A stretch of DNA of 64,000 bases from a virus (lineage: Duplodnaviria > Heunggongvirae > Uroviricota > Caudoviricetes). Position 1 is the stretch's first letter; each line of letters begins with the position of its first letter. The stretch covers positions 14,376 through 78,375 of the IMG/VR virus record IMGVR_UViG_2667527770_000005. One strand, written 5' to 3'. A program made the position numbers and the translations under genes. This document shows, one piece after another, positions 47,677 to 57,786 of the stretch. The notes beneath the pieces were generated by a model. It worked only from the letters and a program-made list of their open reading frames with translations. It did not search any database and was not told where the DNA came from.

Positions 47677-48465
47677 ATGCTGGAAAAAGACTACCAGTTA
47701 TCCGCATATAAAAAATTGGCCGCCGCCGGTGGGATGAAAACACCTGGTGCCATAACATCGGCACGAAACTGTGCTAACACAGCAAAACTGCTTGCAGAAG
47801 AATTGACCGGATTAATTCTGGATACAATTGTCTATCCCGACACTATTACCTGCTATGTTTCAACGATAAGAACAACCACAACCGGCTTAACGAACATTGG
47901 AGAACTGGCAACTAAGCACGCGGACCTGTTGGCTGGTTATGCAGATCTGTCAATGCTGCTTCAACTCGATATTGGTTGGGATGTTTACTGCCGTGCTAAT
48001 GAGCGAGAAGTTTCAGAACTGCCGATCTCTATTGCCATTGGTGATGTGAATATTACTAAATCGCTTGAGGACGCTGTTAACGCGCTTAATACATCAAGTT
48101 TAGTCGCTGCTATGGGGGAGATTAACCAGACCCTTAACACTGGCTCAGTAAGCTCGTCAGGCTCTGGTTCAGGCGGCGGCACTGCCACTCCCCCACCAAC
48201 ACTAACAGAAGAGCAAATTGAATCTCTGAAAGTAGCAACTGAACAGTTTGGGGTTGTTTTCAACCAGACAACAGCGCCCACAACTGCGTTACAACAGCAG
48301 TATGAACGAGCGAATGAAAGCGCCAACGTAGCCATAACTGCTTATGGCCATGCTATCGGTACCGCGCTTGCGGAAGCATCAGCAAATAAGGCCAGCACAG
48401 CCAGCGCAGTTGCTGCTTTGGTTCCTGATTCTGTTCTTGATGAATTAAACAAAGCGGCACAGTAA
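47677..48465 (+). CDS. hypothetical protein, 262 aa
   Basis: ATG with AGGAG SD; Ser/Gly-rich linker. Confidence 0.5.
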   Translation: MLEKDYQLSAYKKLAAAGGMKTPGAITSARNCANTAKLLAEELTGLILDTIVYPDTITCYVSTIRTTTTGLTNIGELATKHADLLAGYADLSMLLQLDIGWDVYCRANEREVSELPISIAIGDVNITKSLEDAVNALNTSSLVAAMGEINQTLNTGSVSSSGSGSGGGTATPPPTLTEEQIESLKVATEQFGVVFNQTTAPTTALQQQYERANESANVAITAYGHAIGTALAEASANKASTASAVAALVPDSVLDELNKAAQ

Positions 48466-48504
48466 CAAAGGACTTCATTGATAATTTTTCTTCAGGAGGA
48501 AGAC

Positions 48505-48921
48505 ATGTCATTCTTTTCTACGTTAAAAACAGCTTTGTCTTTGAAGGAGAAACTTGCTGCTACTGGTGTTCTTGTTCTGATTTGCGCACTTGTTGGTGCT
48601 GGGTTTGCATGGGAACGTCATCAGCTAAAGCAAGCCATAGAGAAAATTGGCAGTCTTGATCAGGCTGTTAAGGAACGTGATAAGTCAATAATGGATCTTA
48701 ACCAGACCATTGAGACGATGAACAAAGCAGAGCAACATTTTCACAGCCAGGAAGTGAAAAATGAATCAGAGCAAGCCAAGTATGCTGACAGGCAAATGGA
48801 ACGAAAAGCTGAAGTTCAGAAACAACTGGTTGCGGCGGGTAATGTTCGCCAGCGCATTCCTGCTGACACTCAGCGGTTGCTCCGGGAGTCGATCAGCGAA
48901 TTTAACGCCGACAAAGGTTAA
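48505..48921 (+). CDS. Rz-like inner-membrane spanin candidate (N-terminal TM, coiled coil), about 138 aa
   Basis: ATG with AGGAGG SD; TM helix LAATGVLVLICALVGAGFAW; overlapping lipoprotein ORF in +1 frame. Confidence 0.5.
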   Translation: MSFFSTLKTALSLKEKLAATGVLVLICALVGAGFAWERHQLKQAIEKIGSLDQAVKERDKSIMDLNQTIETMNKAEQHFHSQEVKNESEQAKYADRQMERKAEVQKQLVAAGNVRQRIPADTQRLLRESISEFNADKG

Positions 48922-49087
48922 CCACCCTGCCCCCAAAAGTGCATTTATGTGCAGGATGCCGGAGTTTAGCAGTGAATATTTTGATGATCTGCCAGCGTAT
49001 ATCCTCGATACAGAAACGATGCTGATGGGGATTAACAGGAAGAATCGCAACGTTAATGATTACAACCGCGCTATCAGCGGTAACTAA
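48842..49087 (+). CDS. Rz1-like outer-membrane lipoprotein candidate, about 81 aa
   Basis: Lipobox LSGC; starts inside the Rz-like ORF in another frame. Confidence 0.5.
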   Translation: MFASAFLLTLSGCSGSRSANLTPTKVNHPAPKSAFMCRMPEFSSEYFDDLPAYILDTETMLMGINRKNRNVNDYNRAISGN

Positions 49088-49098
49088 AAGGGATTTTT

Positions 49099-49491
49099 AT
49101 GTCTGATAAAGTAACAGTTAAGCAAACTATCAACAAAGCGACTTCAATCTACAAAATTGAGCACATCACTGTTGGCAAGCCAGGATCTGAACAATACCGT
49201 CATGCTTTCGAGCTTGCCGCTCAGCTTGGTTTAAAACACCCGGATTGCATTGAGCATGTATTTCCGACCTATGCTGATGAGCAATGTACTCATGTTCTTA
49301 CCGAAGAGGATTTTTTCAGCACTGAAGAACGAGAAGGCGTTGATCGCTGCATTGGTGTGATTTGCTCTTCAGTGAGTTATGAGTTATTCCCTAATGTCCA
49401 TGAAAATGGTGGTATTGGATACCAATTCCTGTACGAAGGCGATGAGCTTAAATGTTATGAACATGGTCTTCTTATCGAAAGCGTAGAATAA
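49099..49491 (+). CDS. hypothetical protein, 130 aa (upfA position upstream of oriR)
   Basis: Synteny only. Confidence 0.5.
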   Translation: MSDKVTVKQTINKATSIYKIEHITVGKPGSEQYRHAFELAAQLGLKHPDCIEHVFPTYADEQCTHVLTEEDFFSTEEREGVDRCIGVICSSVSYELFPNVHENGGIGYQFLYEGDELKCYEHGLLIESVE

Positions 49492-49543
49492 TACCCTTCC
49501 TTCCAACCGGCTATGTTGGCCGGTTTATTCAACTTATCCACAG

Positions 49544-49615
49544 CATAGATCCAATAAACAGATCCCAAAGAGAACCTAGGAAGATCCAAAGAAGATCCCG
49601 GATCGCTGTAAGCCG
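49544..49615. promoter_or_regulatory. oriR core: DnaA box TTATCCACA followed by five GATC (Dam) sites
   Basis: DnaA box at 49544..49552; GATC at about 49558, 49571, 49593, 49604, 49611. Confidence 0.7.
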
Positions 49616-49645
49616 CGCCGTTCATGGCCTGAAACGGGATCAACA

Positions 49646-49750
49646 TTGACTATACGCGATTTTATGTTGACTGTGTGCGATTTTATGTTGACTGCACGCG
49701 ATTTATTGTTGACTATACGCGACAGAAACGTTGACTGTACGCGATTTTAG
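49646..49750 (+). repeat. five direct iterons (TTGACT(A/G)T(A/G)CGCGATTT) upstream of repA, incC-like
   Basis: About 21-bp periodicity read directly. Confidence 0.8.
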
Positions 49751-49825
49751 AGCCTGAATATTCACAGCTGTTGATAACAGTCATCTAAATTAACGCCAGG
49801 CCGCGCCACACATGGAGAAACCACG

Positions 49826-50710
49826 ATGCCGGAAGAAAGTAAAGGCTTCCTTAGCGTTGAAGAAGTTGCAGGAAATACAGGAGAAATCCACAGCCTGAAG
49901 CCCAATAACAACAGCACTATACAACCTATCGCTTTGTTGCGCTTAGGTGTGTTTGTGCCAACCTTAAAATCTACCAATGTGGCACTACGTCGCGGATCGT
50001 CAGTTACTACAAACACAACGAACGCAACCGAAGAACTATCAAGCCTTAAAATTGTTGAGCAGGAAGGCTATGAGGGAATTGAAATTCATGGCCCACGCCT
50101 GGATATGGATACTGATTTTAAGGTGTGGGTGGGCATAACCTCCGCGTTGTTTGACTACGCACCTGATGATGACGGCATAATCACCCTGCCATTCTCCGAG
50201 TTTGCCGATCGATGCGGCTATCCACGTAAGCGCCTTTCAAAGGCGTTCCGTAAAAGTATTGATGACTCTCTGACACGCATTCAGCAGACAGTTGTCAAAT
50301 TCCGCTTCCCGGCGGCAAAAGGTCATCTCAATAACATTAACGTCAACTTGTTGGCATATAGCAGCCTGAATACCGAGCTTGATGTTATCGAGATCCAGCC
50401 GCAGAAACAGCTATCTGAACTTTACTATGTTGACTATAAGCGAATCCTGAAGCTGAAGATGCTGGATAAGCTCGGGCGCAAAGAGACGGCCAAGGTACTG
50501 TATACATTCTTTGAGGCTCTACCCGCCAACCCGGCACCTGTCAGCATTGAGCGCCTTAGAGCAAGGCTTAATCTCAAATCATCCGTTAGCGTGCAAAATA
50601 GCGTTATCAGAAAAGCCATGAAAGATTTGGAAGCTATTGAATATCTTAAATTTTCAGAAATAAAAAACGGCAGGAAAATCGGCTTCCAGATCCATAAGCG
50701 CAATCCATAA
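49826..50710 (+). CDS. repA: RepA iteron-binding plasmid replication initiator, 294 aa
   Basis: Flanked by iterons both sides; segments such as GPRLDMDTDFK and LRLGVFVP resemble P1 RepA as recalled. Confidence 0.88.
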   Translation: MPEESKGFLSVEEVAGNTGEIHSLKPNNNSTIQPIALLRLGVFVPTLKSTNVALRRGSSVTTNTTNATEELSSLKIVEQEGYEGIEIHGPRLDMDTDFKVWVGITSALFDYAPDDDGIITLPFSEFADRCGYPRKRLSKAFRKSIDDSLTRIQQTVVKFRFPAAKGHLNNINVNLLAYSSLNTELDVIEIQPQKQLSELYYVDYKRILKLKMLDKLGRKETAKVLYTFFEALPANPAPVSIERLRARLNLKSSVSVQNSVIRKAMKDLEAIEYLKFSEIKNGRKIGFQIHKRNP

Positions 50711-50970
50711 TATTGACTATATGCGATAGCGAGAAGTTGACTATAGGCGACATTCGTTGACGCTGGTGGATTTTTGCTGGCGTCAATATTCTGCAAGTCG
50801 CTATTGAGATGGCTTTTAGGGTCATTTCATCGCGTATAGTCAACGTTTCTCCCGACAATATCTTACATAGTCGATCTTTGGTGGAGTTAAATCGACTACA
50901 GTCAACTTTTGACTGTAGTCACATCGCGCATAGTCAACTATTCACATTAACTTTCGCGCATAGTCAACAT
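50710..50970. repeat. incA-like iteron array downstream of repA (TTGACTAT..CG units in both orientations)
   Basis: At least 7 iteron-like units, e.g. 50713, 50736, 50830, 50891, 50904, 50920, 50953. Confidence 0.7.
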
Positions 50971-51002
50971 TTGCGCGGTTCTCATCAAGCAGTGGTATTG
51001 AT

Positions 51003-51812
51003 ATGCAAGAAGAGAAACAACACTACCTCTACGTTCTGGTGCCGGAGAATGGAGATACTTTTAAAATCGGCATTTCATGTGGTCCATTGGCACGGTTTAA
51101 AGGGCTACAAGTGAGTCCCGATTTTGCGCTTTCACGGGTCTATCGTGGTACGCGTTTGGCAATAGTTAATCTTGAGCGGGCTTTACACGCAACCTTTTTC
51201 CCCTGGAATGCGCCGTGGGAGAAAAGCGCTGGTGGCGGGCATACTGAATGGTTTACACGAGAGTGTCTTGATAAGGTTTTGGCTCATATCGAATATCTAA
51301 ATGATATGTGGGGAGGGATTCTCGAGCGCATTAAGTCGAATGATTTACTTCAGCGTCCAGTAGATGCTGCCCGCTCTTTCGAAAAAGAGCTGGATGTTAC
51401 TTCTATCGTGACTTTCAAAGATGACGCAGGAATGAGGGACGTGGCTTATGTCTCCATATCTGGCTATGAACCGGACGCGATCCGCGCTCAATGTGAATTG
51501 CTGAAAGCAATGTTTATGCTTCGGACTAAATATTCCTGGGAGACAAGGCGGGTGTGCTTCCCTATGGAAGAGTTAACCGCCACCATTGATTCCCAGCTTT
51601 ACCACGATAATCCAGAGAAGTTTTTTAGCCTTTTAGCCGGTAATGGGCTTAACTGTGTGTCCGGGCTGGGGCGAAGTAGAATCCAACATGCCTCGCTCTT
51701 CGGTCCCTTCTTTTACGATCGACACGGGTACTTTGAGGCTGAACTTCCGGCGCTTACGCGTGCTATAGATACTATCGATTTCGAACGATTATTCGCTGCT
51801 CTTAGCAAATAA
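51003..51812 (+). CDS. T5orf172-domain (GIY-YIG-like) protein with unknown C-terminal domain, 269 aa
   Basis: N-terminal pattern YLYVL..FKIGIS..RFKGLQ..LERALHATF..GGGHTEWF. Confidence 0.6.
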   Translation: MQEEKQHYLYVLVPENGDTFKIGISCGPLARFKGLQVSPDFALSRVYRGTRLAIVNLERALHATFFPWNAPWEKSAGGGHTEWFTRECLDKVLAHIEYLNDMWGGILERIKSNDLLQRPVDAARSFEKELDVTSIVTFKDDAGMRDVAYVSISGYEPDAIRAQCELLKAMFMLRTKYSWETRRVCFPMEELTATIDSQLYHDNPEKFFSLLAGNGLNCVSGLGRSRIQHASLFGPFFYDRHGYFEAELPALTRAIDTIDFERLFAALSK

Positions 51813-51819
51813 CACTGAT

Positions 51820-51841
51820 GCCCCTGAACGGGGCTTTTTTG
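51820..51841 (+). terminator. intrinsic terminator (GCCCC-TGAAC-GGGGC + T7)
   Basis: Read directly. Confidence 0.6.
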
Positions 51842-51980
51842 TGCCCTCCTTGTAACTCTCAATCGTGCAAAATGAACCAAACATGCAGAGAATGCTATGT
51901 ACAAGCATCTGTGCATACATTATTATTTTATGCAGCATTTTTAATTAAATTCAAAAATACAGCATAAAGGATGGCTTTCG

Positions 51981-53177
51981 ATGAGTGATTCCAGCCAGCT
52001 TCACAAGGTTGCTCAAAGAGCAAACAGAATGCTCAATGTTCTGACTGAACAAGTACAGTTGCAAAAGGATGAGCTACACGCGAACGAGTTTTACCAGGTC
52101 TATGCGAAAGCGGCACTGGCAAAATTGCCTCTACTGACTCGAGCGAACGTTGACTATGCCGTGAGTGAAATGGAAGAAAAGGGTTATGTTTTCGATAAAC
52201 GCCCTGCTGGCTCTTCAATGAAATATGCGATGTCAATTCAGAACATCATTGACATATATGAACATCGCGGAGTGCCAAAATACCGGGATCGCTACAGCGA
52301 AGCGTATGTGATTTTCATCTCCAATCTTAAAGGCGGTGTGTCAAAAACTGTATCGACGGTTTCTCTGGCGCATGCAATGCGTGCTCACCCTCATCTTCTG
52401 ATGGAAGATTTAAGGATTCTGGTTATTGACCTTGATCCGCAATCTTCAGCAACGATGTTTTTAAGCCATAAACACTCTATTGGTATCGTAAACGCAACAT
52501 CTGCACAGGCTATGTTGCAGAATGTAAGCCGTGAAGAGCTGTTAGAGGAGTTTATTGTTCCTTCTGTTGTACCTGGGGTTGACGTTATGCCTGCGTCGAT
52601 TGACGATGCCTTTATTGCATCCGATTGGAGAGAGCTGTGCAATGAGCATCTACCGGGTCAGAACATCCATGCTGTCCTGAAAGAAAATGTGATTGATAAG
52701 CTGAAGAGCGATTATGACTTTATCCTCGTTGATAGTGGTCCTCACCTTGACGCCTTCCTGAAAAATGCTTTGGCCTCGGCCAATATACTGTTTACACCTC
52801 TGCCGCCTGCAACGGTTGATTTCCACTCATCGCTTAAATACGTTGCCCGCCTTCCTGAGTTGGTGAAACTCATTTCGGATGAAGGCTGCGAGTGCCAGCT
52901 TGCGACTAACATTGGTTTTATGTCCAAGTTGAGTAACAAGGCAGACCATAAGTATTGCCATAGCCTGGCTAAAGAAGTGTTCGGTGGGGATATGCTTGAT
53001 GTCGTCCTCCCTCGCCTTGACGGTTTTGAACGCTGCGGCGAGTCTTTTGACACTGTTATTTCAGCTAACCCGGCAACGTATGTTGGTAGTGCTGATGCAT
53101 TGAAGAACGCGCGAATTGCCGCGGAAGATTTTGCTAAAGCAGTTTTTGACCGTATTGAATTTATCAGATCTAACTGA
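51981..53177 (+). CDS. parA: ParA partition ATPase, 398 aa
   Basis: Deviant Walker A NLKGGVSKT; size as P1 ParA. Confidence 0.95.
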   Translation: MSDSSQLHKVAQRANRMLNVLTEQVQLQKDELHANEFYQVYAKAALAKLPLLTRANVDYAVSEMEEKGYVFDKRPAGSSMKYAMSIQNIIDIYEHRGVPKYRDRYSEAYVIFISNLKGGVSKTVSTVSLAHAMRAHPHLLMEDLRILVIDLDPQSSATMFLSHKHSIGIVNATSAQAMLQNVSREELLEEFIVPSVVPGVDVMPASIDDAFIASDWRELCNEHLPGQNIHAVLKENVIDKLKSDYDFILVDSGPHLDAFLKNALASANILFTPLPPATVDFHSSLKYVARLPELVKLISDEGCECQLATNIGFMSKLSNKADHKYCHSLAKEVFGGDMLDVVLPRLDGFERCGESFDTVISANPATYVGSADALKNARIAAEDFAKAVFDRIEFIRSN

Positions 53178-53193
53178 GGAGTAAGAAACCCCC

Positions 53194-54195
53194 ATGTCAA
53201 AGAAAAACAGACCAACAATTGGGCGAACCCTTAATCCTTCAATATTAAGCGGATTTGATAGTTCTTCAGCCTCTGGCGATCGAGTCGAGCAGGTATTCAA
53301 GTTATCAACTGGTCGCCAGGCCACATTTATTGAAGAGGTAATACCTCCGAACCAGGTAGAAAGCGATACCTTTGTTGATCAGCATAACAACGGGCGTGAC
53401 CAGGCATCTCTTACGCCAAAATCATTAAAAAGTATCCGAAGCACTATTAAGCATCAGCAATTTTACCCTGCAATAGGTGTTAGACGGGCTACAGGGAAAA
53501 TTGAAATTTTGGATGGTTCCCGGCGTCGAGCTTCTGCCATCTTAGAGAACGTAGGGTTGCGGGTTTTAGTCACGGACCAGGAGATCAGCGTTCAGGAAGC
53601 GCAAAATTTAGCGAAAGACGTTCAGACAGCATTGCAGCACAGCATTCGAGAAATAGGTCTGCGTTTGATGCGAATGAAAAATGATGGGATGAGTCAGAAG
53701 GATATTGCAGCCAAAGAAGGGCTGTCTCAGGCGAAGGTCACGCGTGCTCTCCAGGCAGCGAGTGCTCCGGAAGAATTAGTCGCCCTTTTCCCTGTGCAGT
53801 CGGAATTAACCTTTTCGGACTACAAAACGCTTTGTGCTGTTGGCGACGAAATGGGGAACAAGAATTTAGAGTTTGATCAGCTTATTCAAAACATATCCCC
53901 GGAAATAAACGACATCTTATCCATTGAAGAAATGGCCGAAGATGAAGTTAAAAATAAAATCCTGCGCTTGATAACAAAGGAAGCCTCACTACTCACGGAT
54001 AAAGGTTCTAAAGATAAGTCCGTAGTTACTGAATTATGGAAATTTGAGGACAAGGATCGCTTTGCAAGGAAGCGCGTGAAAGGCCGTGCATTTTCTTATG
54101 AGTTTAATCGACTTTCAAAAGAGCTACAGGAAGAACTCGACAGGATGATTGGGCATATCCTTAGAAAGAGCCTCGATAAAAAGCCGAAGCCTTAA
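53194..54195 (+). CDS. parB: ParB centromere-binding protein, 333 aa
   Basis: Follows parA, precedes parS; size as P1 ParB. Confidence 0.93.
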   Translation: MSKKNRPTIGRTLNPSILSGFDSSSASGDRVEQVFKLSTGRQATFIEEVIPPNQVESDTFVDQHNNGRDQASLTPKSLKSIRSTIKHQQFYPAIGVRRATGKIEILDGSRRRASAILENVGLRVLVTDQEISVQEAQNLAKDVQTALQHSIREIGLRLMRMKNDGMSQKDIAAKEGLSQAKVTRALQAASAPEELVALFPVQSELTFSDYKTLCAVGDEMGNKNLEFDQLIQNISPEINDILSIEEMAEDEVKNKILRLITKEASLLTDKGSKDKSVVTELWKFEDKDRFARKRVKGRAFSYEFNRLSKELQEELDRMIGHILRKSLDKKPKP

Positions 54196-54199
54196 ACTT

Positions 54200-54285
54200 T
54201 CGCCATTCAAATTTCACTATTAACCTACTGTTTTTAAAGTAAATCCATCTAAAATTTCAAGGTGAAATCGCCACGATTTCACCTT
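54200..54285. other. parS: parS centromere: box B TCGCCA and box A ATTTCAC motifs flanking an AT-rich IHF-like spacer
   Basis: TCGCCA at 54200 and 54268; ATTTCAC at 54211, 54276 and inverted at 54262. Confidence 0.8.
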
Positions 54286-54420
54286 GGATTTTACCTTCCG
54301 CCCCTACTCCCGAAAAAAATAAAAAAATTGCTTGTCACGAGAAAGTCAACAAGTGACTTTCAATAAAATCTCTTCCGAAAAGGGATTCACACAAGTGCCT
54401 TGTGTTTAAGGAAGAGTAAA

Positions 54421-56127
54421 TTGAGTAACTTACGCGAATACCAGAATCGTATTGCAGATATCGCAAAACGCTCTAAAGCTGTGCTTGGCTGGGCAAGCAC
54501 TGCGCAGTTCGGTACTGATAACCAATTCATTAAAGATGATGCCGCGCGTGCCGCATCTATCCTTGAAGCTGCACGTAAAGACCCGGTTTTTGCGGGTATC
54601 TCTGATAATGCCACCGCTCAAATCGCTACAGCGTGGGCAAGTGCACTGGCTGACTACGCCGCAGCACATAAATCTATGCCGCGTCCGGAAATTCTGGCCT
54701 CCTGCCACCAGACGCTGGAAAACTGCCTGATTGAGTCCACCCGCAATAGCATGGATGCCACTAATAAAGCGATGCTGGAATCCGTCGCAGCAGAGATGAT
54801 GAGCGTTTCTGACGGTGTTATGCGTCTGCCTTTATTCCTCGCGATGATCCTGCCTGTTCAGTTGGGGGCAGCTACCGCTGATGCGTGTACCTTCATTCCG
54901 GTTACGCGTGACCAGTCCGACATCTATGAAGTCTTTAACGTGGCAGGTTCCTCTTTTGGTTCTTATGCTGCTGGTGATGTTCTGGACATGCAATCCGTCG
55001 GTGTGTACAGCCAGTTACGTCGCCGCTATGTGCTGGTGGCAAGCTCCGATGGCACCAGCAAAACCGCAACCTTCAAGATGGAAGACTTCGAAGGCCAGAA
55101 TGTACCAATCCGAAAAGGTCGCACTAACATCTACGTTAACCGTATTAAGTCTGTTGTTGATAACGGTTCCGGCAGCCTACTTCACTCGTTTACTAATGCT
55201 GCTGGTGAGCAAATCACTGTTACCTGCTCTCTGAACTACAACATTGGTCAGATTGCCCTGTCGTTCTCCAAAGCGCCGGATAAAGGCACTGAGATCGCAA
55301 TTGAGACGGAAATCAATATTGAAGCCGCTCCTGAGCTGATCCCGCTGATCAACCACGAAATGAAGAAATACACCCTGTTCCCAAGCCAGTTCGTTATCGC
55401 GGCTGAGCACACGGTACAGGCGGCGTATGAAGCACAGCGTGAATTTGGTCTGGACCTGGGTTCCCTACAGTTCCGCACCCTGAAGGAATACCTGTCTCAT
55501 GAACAGGATATGCTGCGTCTTCGCATCATGATCTGGCGTACTCTTGCGACCGACACCTTTGACATCGCTCTGCCGGTTAACCAGTCCTTTGATGTATGGG
55601 CAACCATCATTCGTGGCAAATTCCAGACTGTATATCGCGACATTATTGAGCGCGTTAAATCTTCTGGTGCGATGGGGATGTTTGCTGGTGCTGATGCAGC
55701 ATCTTTCTTCAAACAGTTGCCGAAGGATTTCTTCCAGCCAGCCGAAGACTATATCCAGACTCCGTATGTTCACTTCATCGGTACCCTGTTCGGTAACGTG
55801 AAAGTGTACGAAGTACCTGCTGGTATTTGTAAGAACTTAACGACAGAGAACATTCAGTTCAGCTCGATGGATGTGCTGTGCTACGTCCGTGATGAAAATC
55901 CGGGTAAAGCAGGCTTCGTGACTGGTGATGCTGTCCCGGCCATCCCGTTCCAGCATCCGACCACTCCGGCGCTGGTCAACCGTACCACGCTGTGGGGTTC
56001 GGCTATCAACGATATGCACCCACGCAACGGCGCTGATTACTTCACTCGTGTAACGCTGACAATGGCCAAAAAAGGCGGGCTTAACTTCATAAGCGGCGAC
56101 ACGATTGATGCCGGTGACTCTGAGTAA
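54421..56127 (+). CDS. major head (capsid) protein precursor candidate, about 568 aa
   Basis: Position after parS (P1 gene 23 position); TTG start with AAGGAAG SD (track start is an upstream TTG at 54400). Confidence 0.55.
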   Translation: MSNLREYQNRIADIAKRSKAVLGWASTAQFGTDNQFIKDDAARAASILEAARKDPVFAGISDNATAQIATAWASALADYAAAHKSMPRPEILASCHQTLENCLIESTRNSMDATNKAMLESVAAEMMSVSDGVMRLPLFLAMILPVQLGAATADACTFIPVTRDQSDIYEVFNVAGSSFGSYAAGDVLDMQSVGVYSQLRRRYVLVASSDGTSKTATFKMEDFEGQNVPIRKGRTNIYVNRIKSVVDNGSGSLLHSFTNAAGEQITVTCSLNYNIGQIALSFSKAPDKGTEIAIETEINIEAAPELIPLINHEMKKYTLFPSQFVIAAEHTVQAAYEAQREFGLDLGSLQFRTLKEYLSHEQDMLRLRIMIWRTLATDTFDIALPVNQSFDVWATIIRGKFQTVYRDIIERVKSSGAMGMFAGADAASFFKQLPKDFFQPAEDYIQTPYVHFIGTLFGNVKVYEVPAGICKNLTTENIQFSSMDVLCYVRDENPGKAGFVTGDAVPAIPFQHPTTPALVNRTTLWGSAINDMHPRNGADYFTRVTLTMAKKGGLNFISGDTIDAGDSE

Positions 56128-56187
56128 TCAGGGGAAGTTCTCCGTTTAACATAGCGCCCCCGTGCGGGGCGCATAACAGGGAAAGTT

Positions 56188-57777
56188 ATGTCTCAATATT
56201 CAATTCAACAGTCATTAGGTAATGCATCCGGCGTCGCGGTTAGCCCGATCAATGCCGATGCGACGTTATCTACCGGTGTTGCATTAAATAGCAGCTTGTG
56301 GGCTGGTATTGGCGTATTTGCGCGTGGCAAGCCGTTTACTGTTCTTGCGGTTACTGAGTCCAATTACGAAGATGTTCTCGGCGAACCGCTGAAGCCGTCT
56401 TCCGGCCCACAGTTCGAACCAATTCGCCATGTATACGAAGCTATTCAGCAAACGTCTGGTTATGTTGTTCGCGCTGTTCCGGATGATGCGAAGTTCCCGA
56501 TTATTATGTTCGATGAATCAGGCGAACCGGCTTACAGTGCGTTGCCATACGGTTCTGAAATTGAACTTGATAGTGGCGAAGCCTTTGCTATCTACGTTGA
56601 TGATGGTGATCCGTGTATTTCACCTACCCGTGAGTTAACCATCGAAACGGCAACAGCGGACAGCGCGGGTAATGAACGCTTCCTCTTAAAACTGACCCAG
56701 ACGACTTCGCTCGGTGTGGTAACGACCCTGGAGACACACACTGTGTCTTTGGCGGAAGAAGCGAAAGATGACATGGGCCGCTTGTGTTATCTGCCTACGG
56801 CTCTGGAAGCCCGTTCTAAATATCTGCGCGCGGTTGTTAATGAAGAGCTGATTTCGACGGCGAAAGTAACAAACAAAAAATCGTTGGCGTTCACTGGCGG
56901 TACCAACGGCGATCAGTCGAAAATCTCCACCGAAGCCTACCTGCGTGCGGTTAAGGTGCTGAACAATGCGCCGTACATGTACACCGCTGTTCTCGGCCTG
57001 GGTTGCTATGACAATGCGGCGATCACCGCGTTAGGTAATATCTGTTCTGATCGCCTGATTGATGGCTTCTTTGATGTCAAACCGACATTGACGTACACGG
57101 AAGCGATCTCTGCTGTTGAAGATACCGGTTTACTTGGTACCGATTATGTAAGCTGTGCTGTCTATCACTTCCCGTTCTCCTGCAAAGACAAATGGACCCA
57201 ATCCCGTGTTGTCTTCGGTCTGTCTGGCGCGGCGTATGCGGCGAAAGCTCGTGGCGTTAAGAAAAACTCCGATGTCGGCGGTTGGCATTACTCACCGGCT
57301 GGTGAAGAACGTGCCGTCATTGCTCGTGCATCACTTCAGCCGCTGTATCCTGAAGACACCCCGGACGAAGAAGCTATGGTCAAGGGCCGACTCAATAAAG
57401 TATCTGTAGGTACTTCGGGCCAGATGATCATCGATGATGCTTTAACTTGCTGCACGCAGGATAACTATCTGCACTTCCAGCACGTCCCATCCCTGATGAA
57501 TGCAATCAGCCGTTTCTTTGTCCAGTTAGCCCGACAGATGAAGCATAGCCCGGACGGTATTACTGCGGTTGGCCTGACTAAAGGGATGACCAAACTTTTA
57601 GATCGCTTTGTCGCCTCCGGCGCTCTGGTGGCTCCTCGTGATCCTGATGCTGACGGTACAGAACCGTATGTGCTGAAAGTTACGCAGGCGGAATTCGATA
57701 AATGGGAAGTAGTCTGGGCCTGCTGCCCGACTGGCGTAGCCCGTCGTATCCAGGGCGTACCGCTGCTTATTAAGTAA
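56188..57777 (+). CDS. tail sheath protein candidate, 529 aa
   Basis: Synteny (P1 gene 22 position) and size. Confidence 0.5.
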   Translation: MSQYSIQQSLGNASGVAVSPINADATLSTGVALNSSLWAGIGVFARGKPFTVLAVTESNYEDVLGEPLKPSSGPQFEPIRHVYEAIQQTSGYVVRAVPDDAKFPIIMFDESGEPAYSALPYGSEIELDSGEAFAIYVDDGDPCISPTRELTIETATADSAGNERFLLKLTQTTSLGVVTTLETHTVSLAEEAKDDMGRLCYLPTALEARSKYLRAVVNEELISTAKVTNKKSLAFTGGTNGDQSKISTEAYLRAVKVLNNAPYMYTAVLGLGCYDNAAITALGNICSDRLIDGFFDVKPTLTYTEAISAVEDTGLLGTDYVSCAVYHFPFSCKDKWTQSRVVFGLSGAAYAAKARGVKKNSDVGGWHYSPAGEERAVIARASLQPLYPEDTPDEEAMVKGRLNKVSVGTSGQMIIDDALTCCTQDNYLHFQHVPSLMNAISRFFVQLARQMKHSPDGITAVGLTKGMTKLLDRFVASGALVAPRDPDADGTEPYVLKVTQAEFDKWEVVWACCPTGVARRIQGVPLLIK

Positions 57778-57786
57778 GGGAATACA

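Noticed and set aside
49646-50970. Possible CRISPR array suggested by regularly spaced direct repeats
   Set aside because: Repeats are about 19-21 bp iterons flanking repA with no unique spacers of CRISPR length and no cas genes; these are origin iterons.
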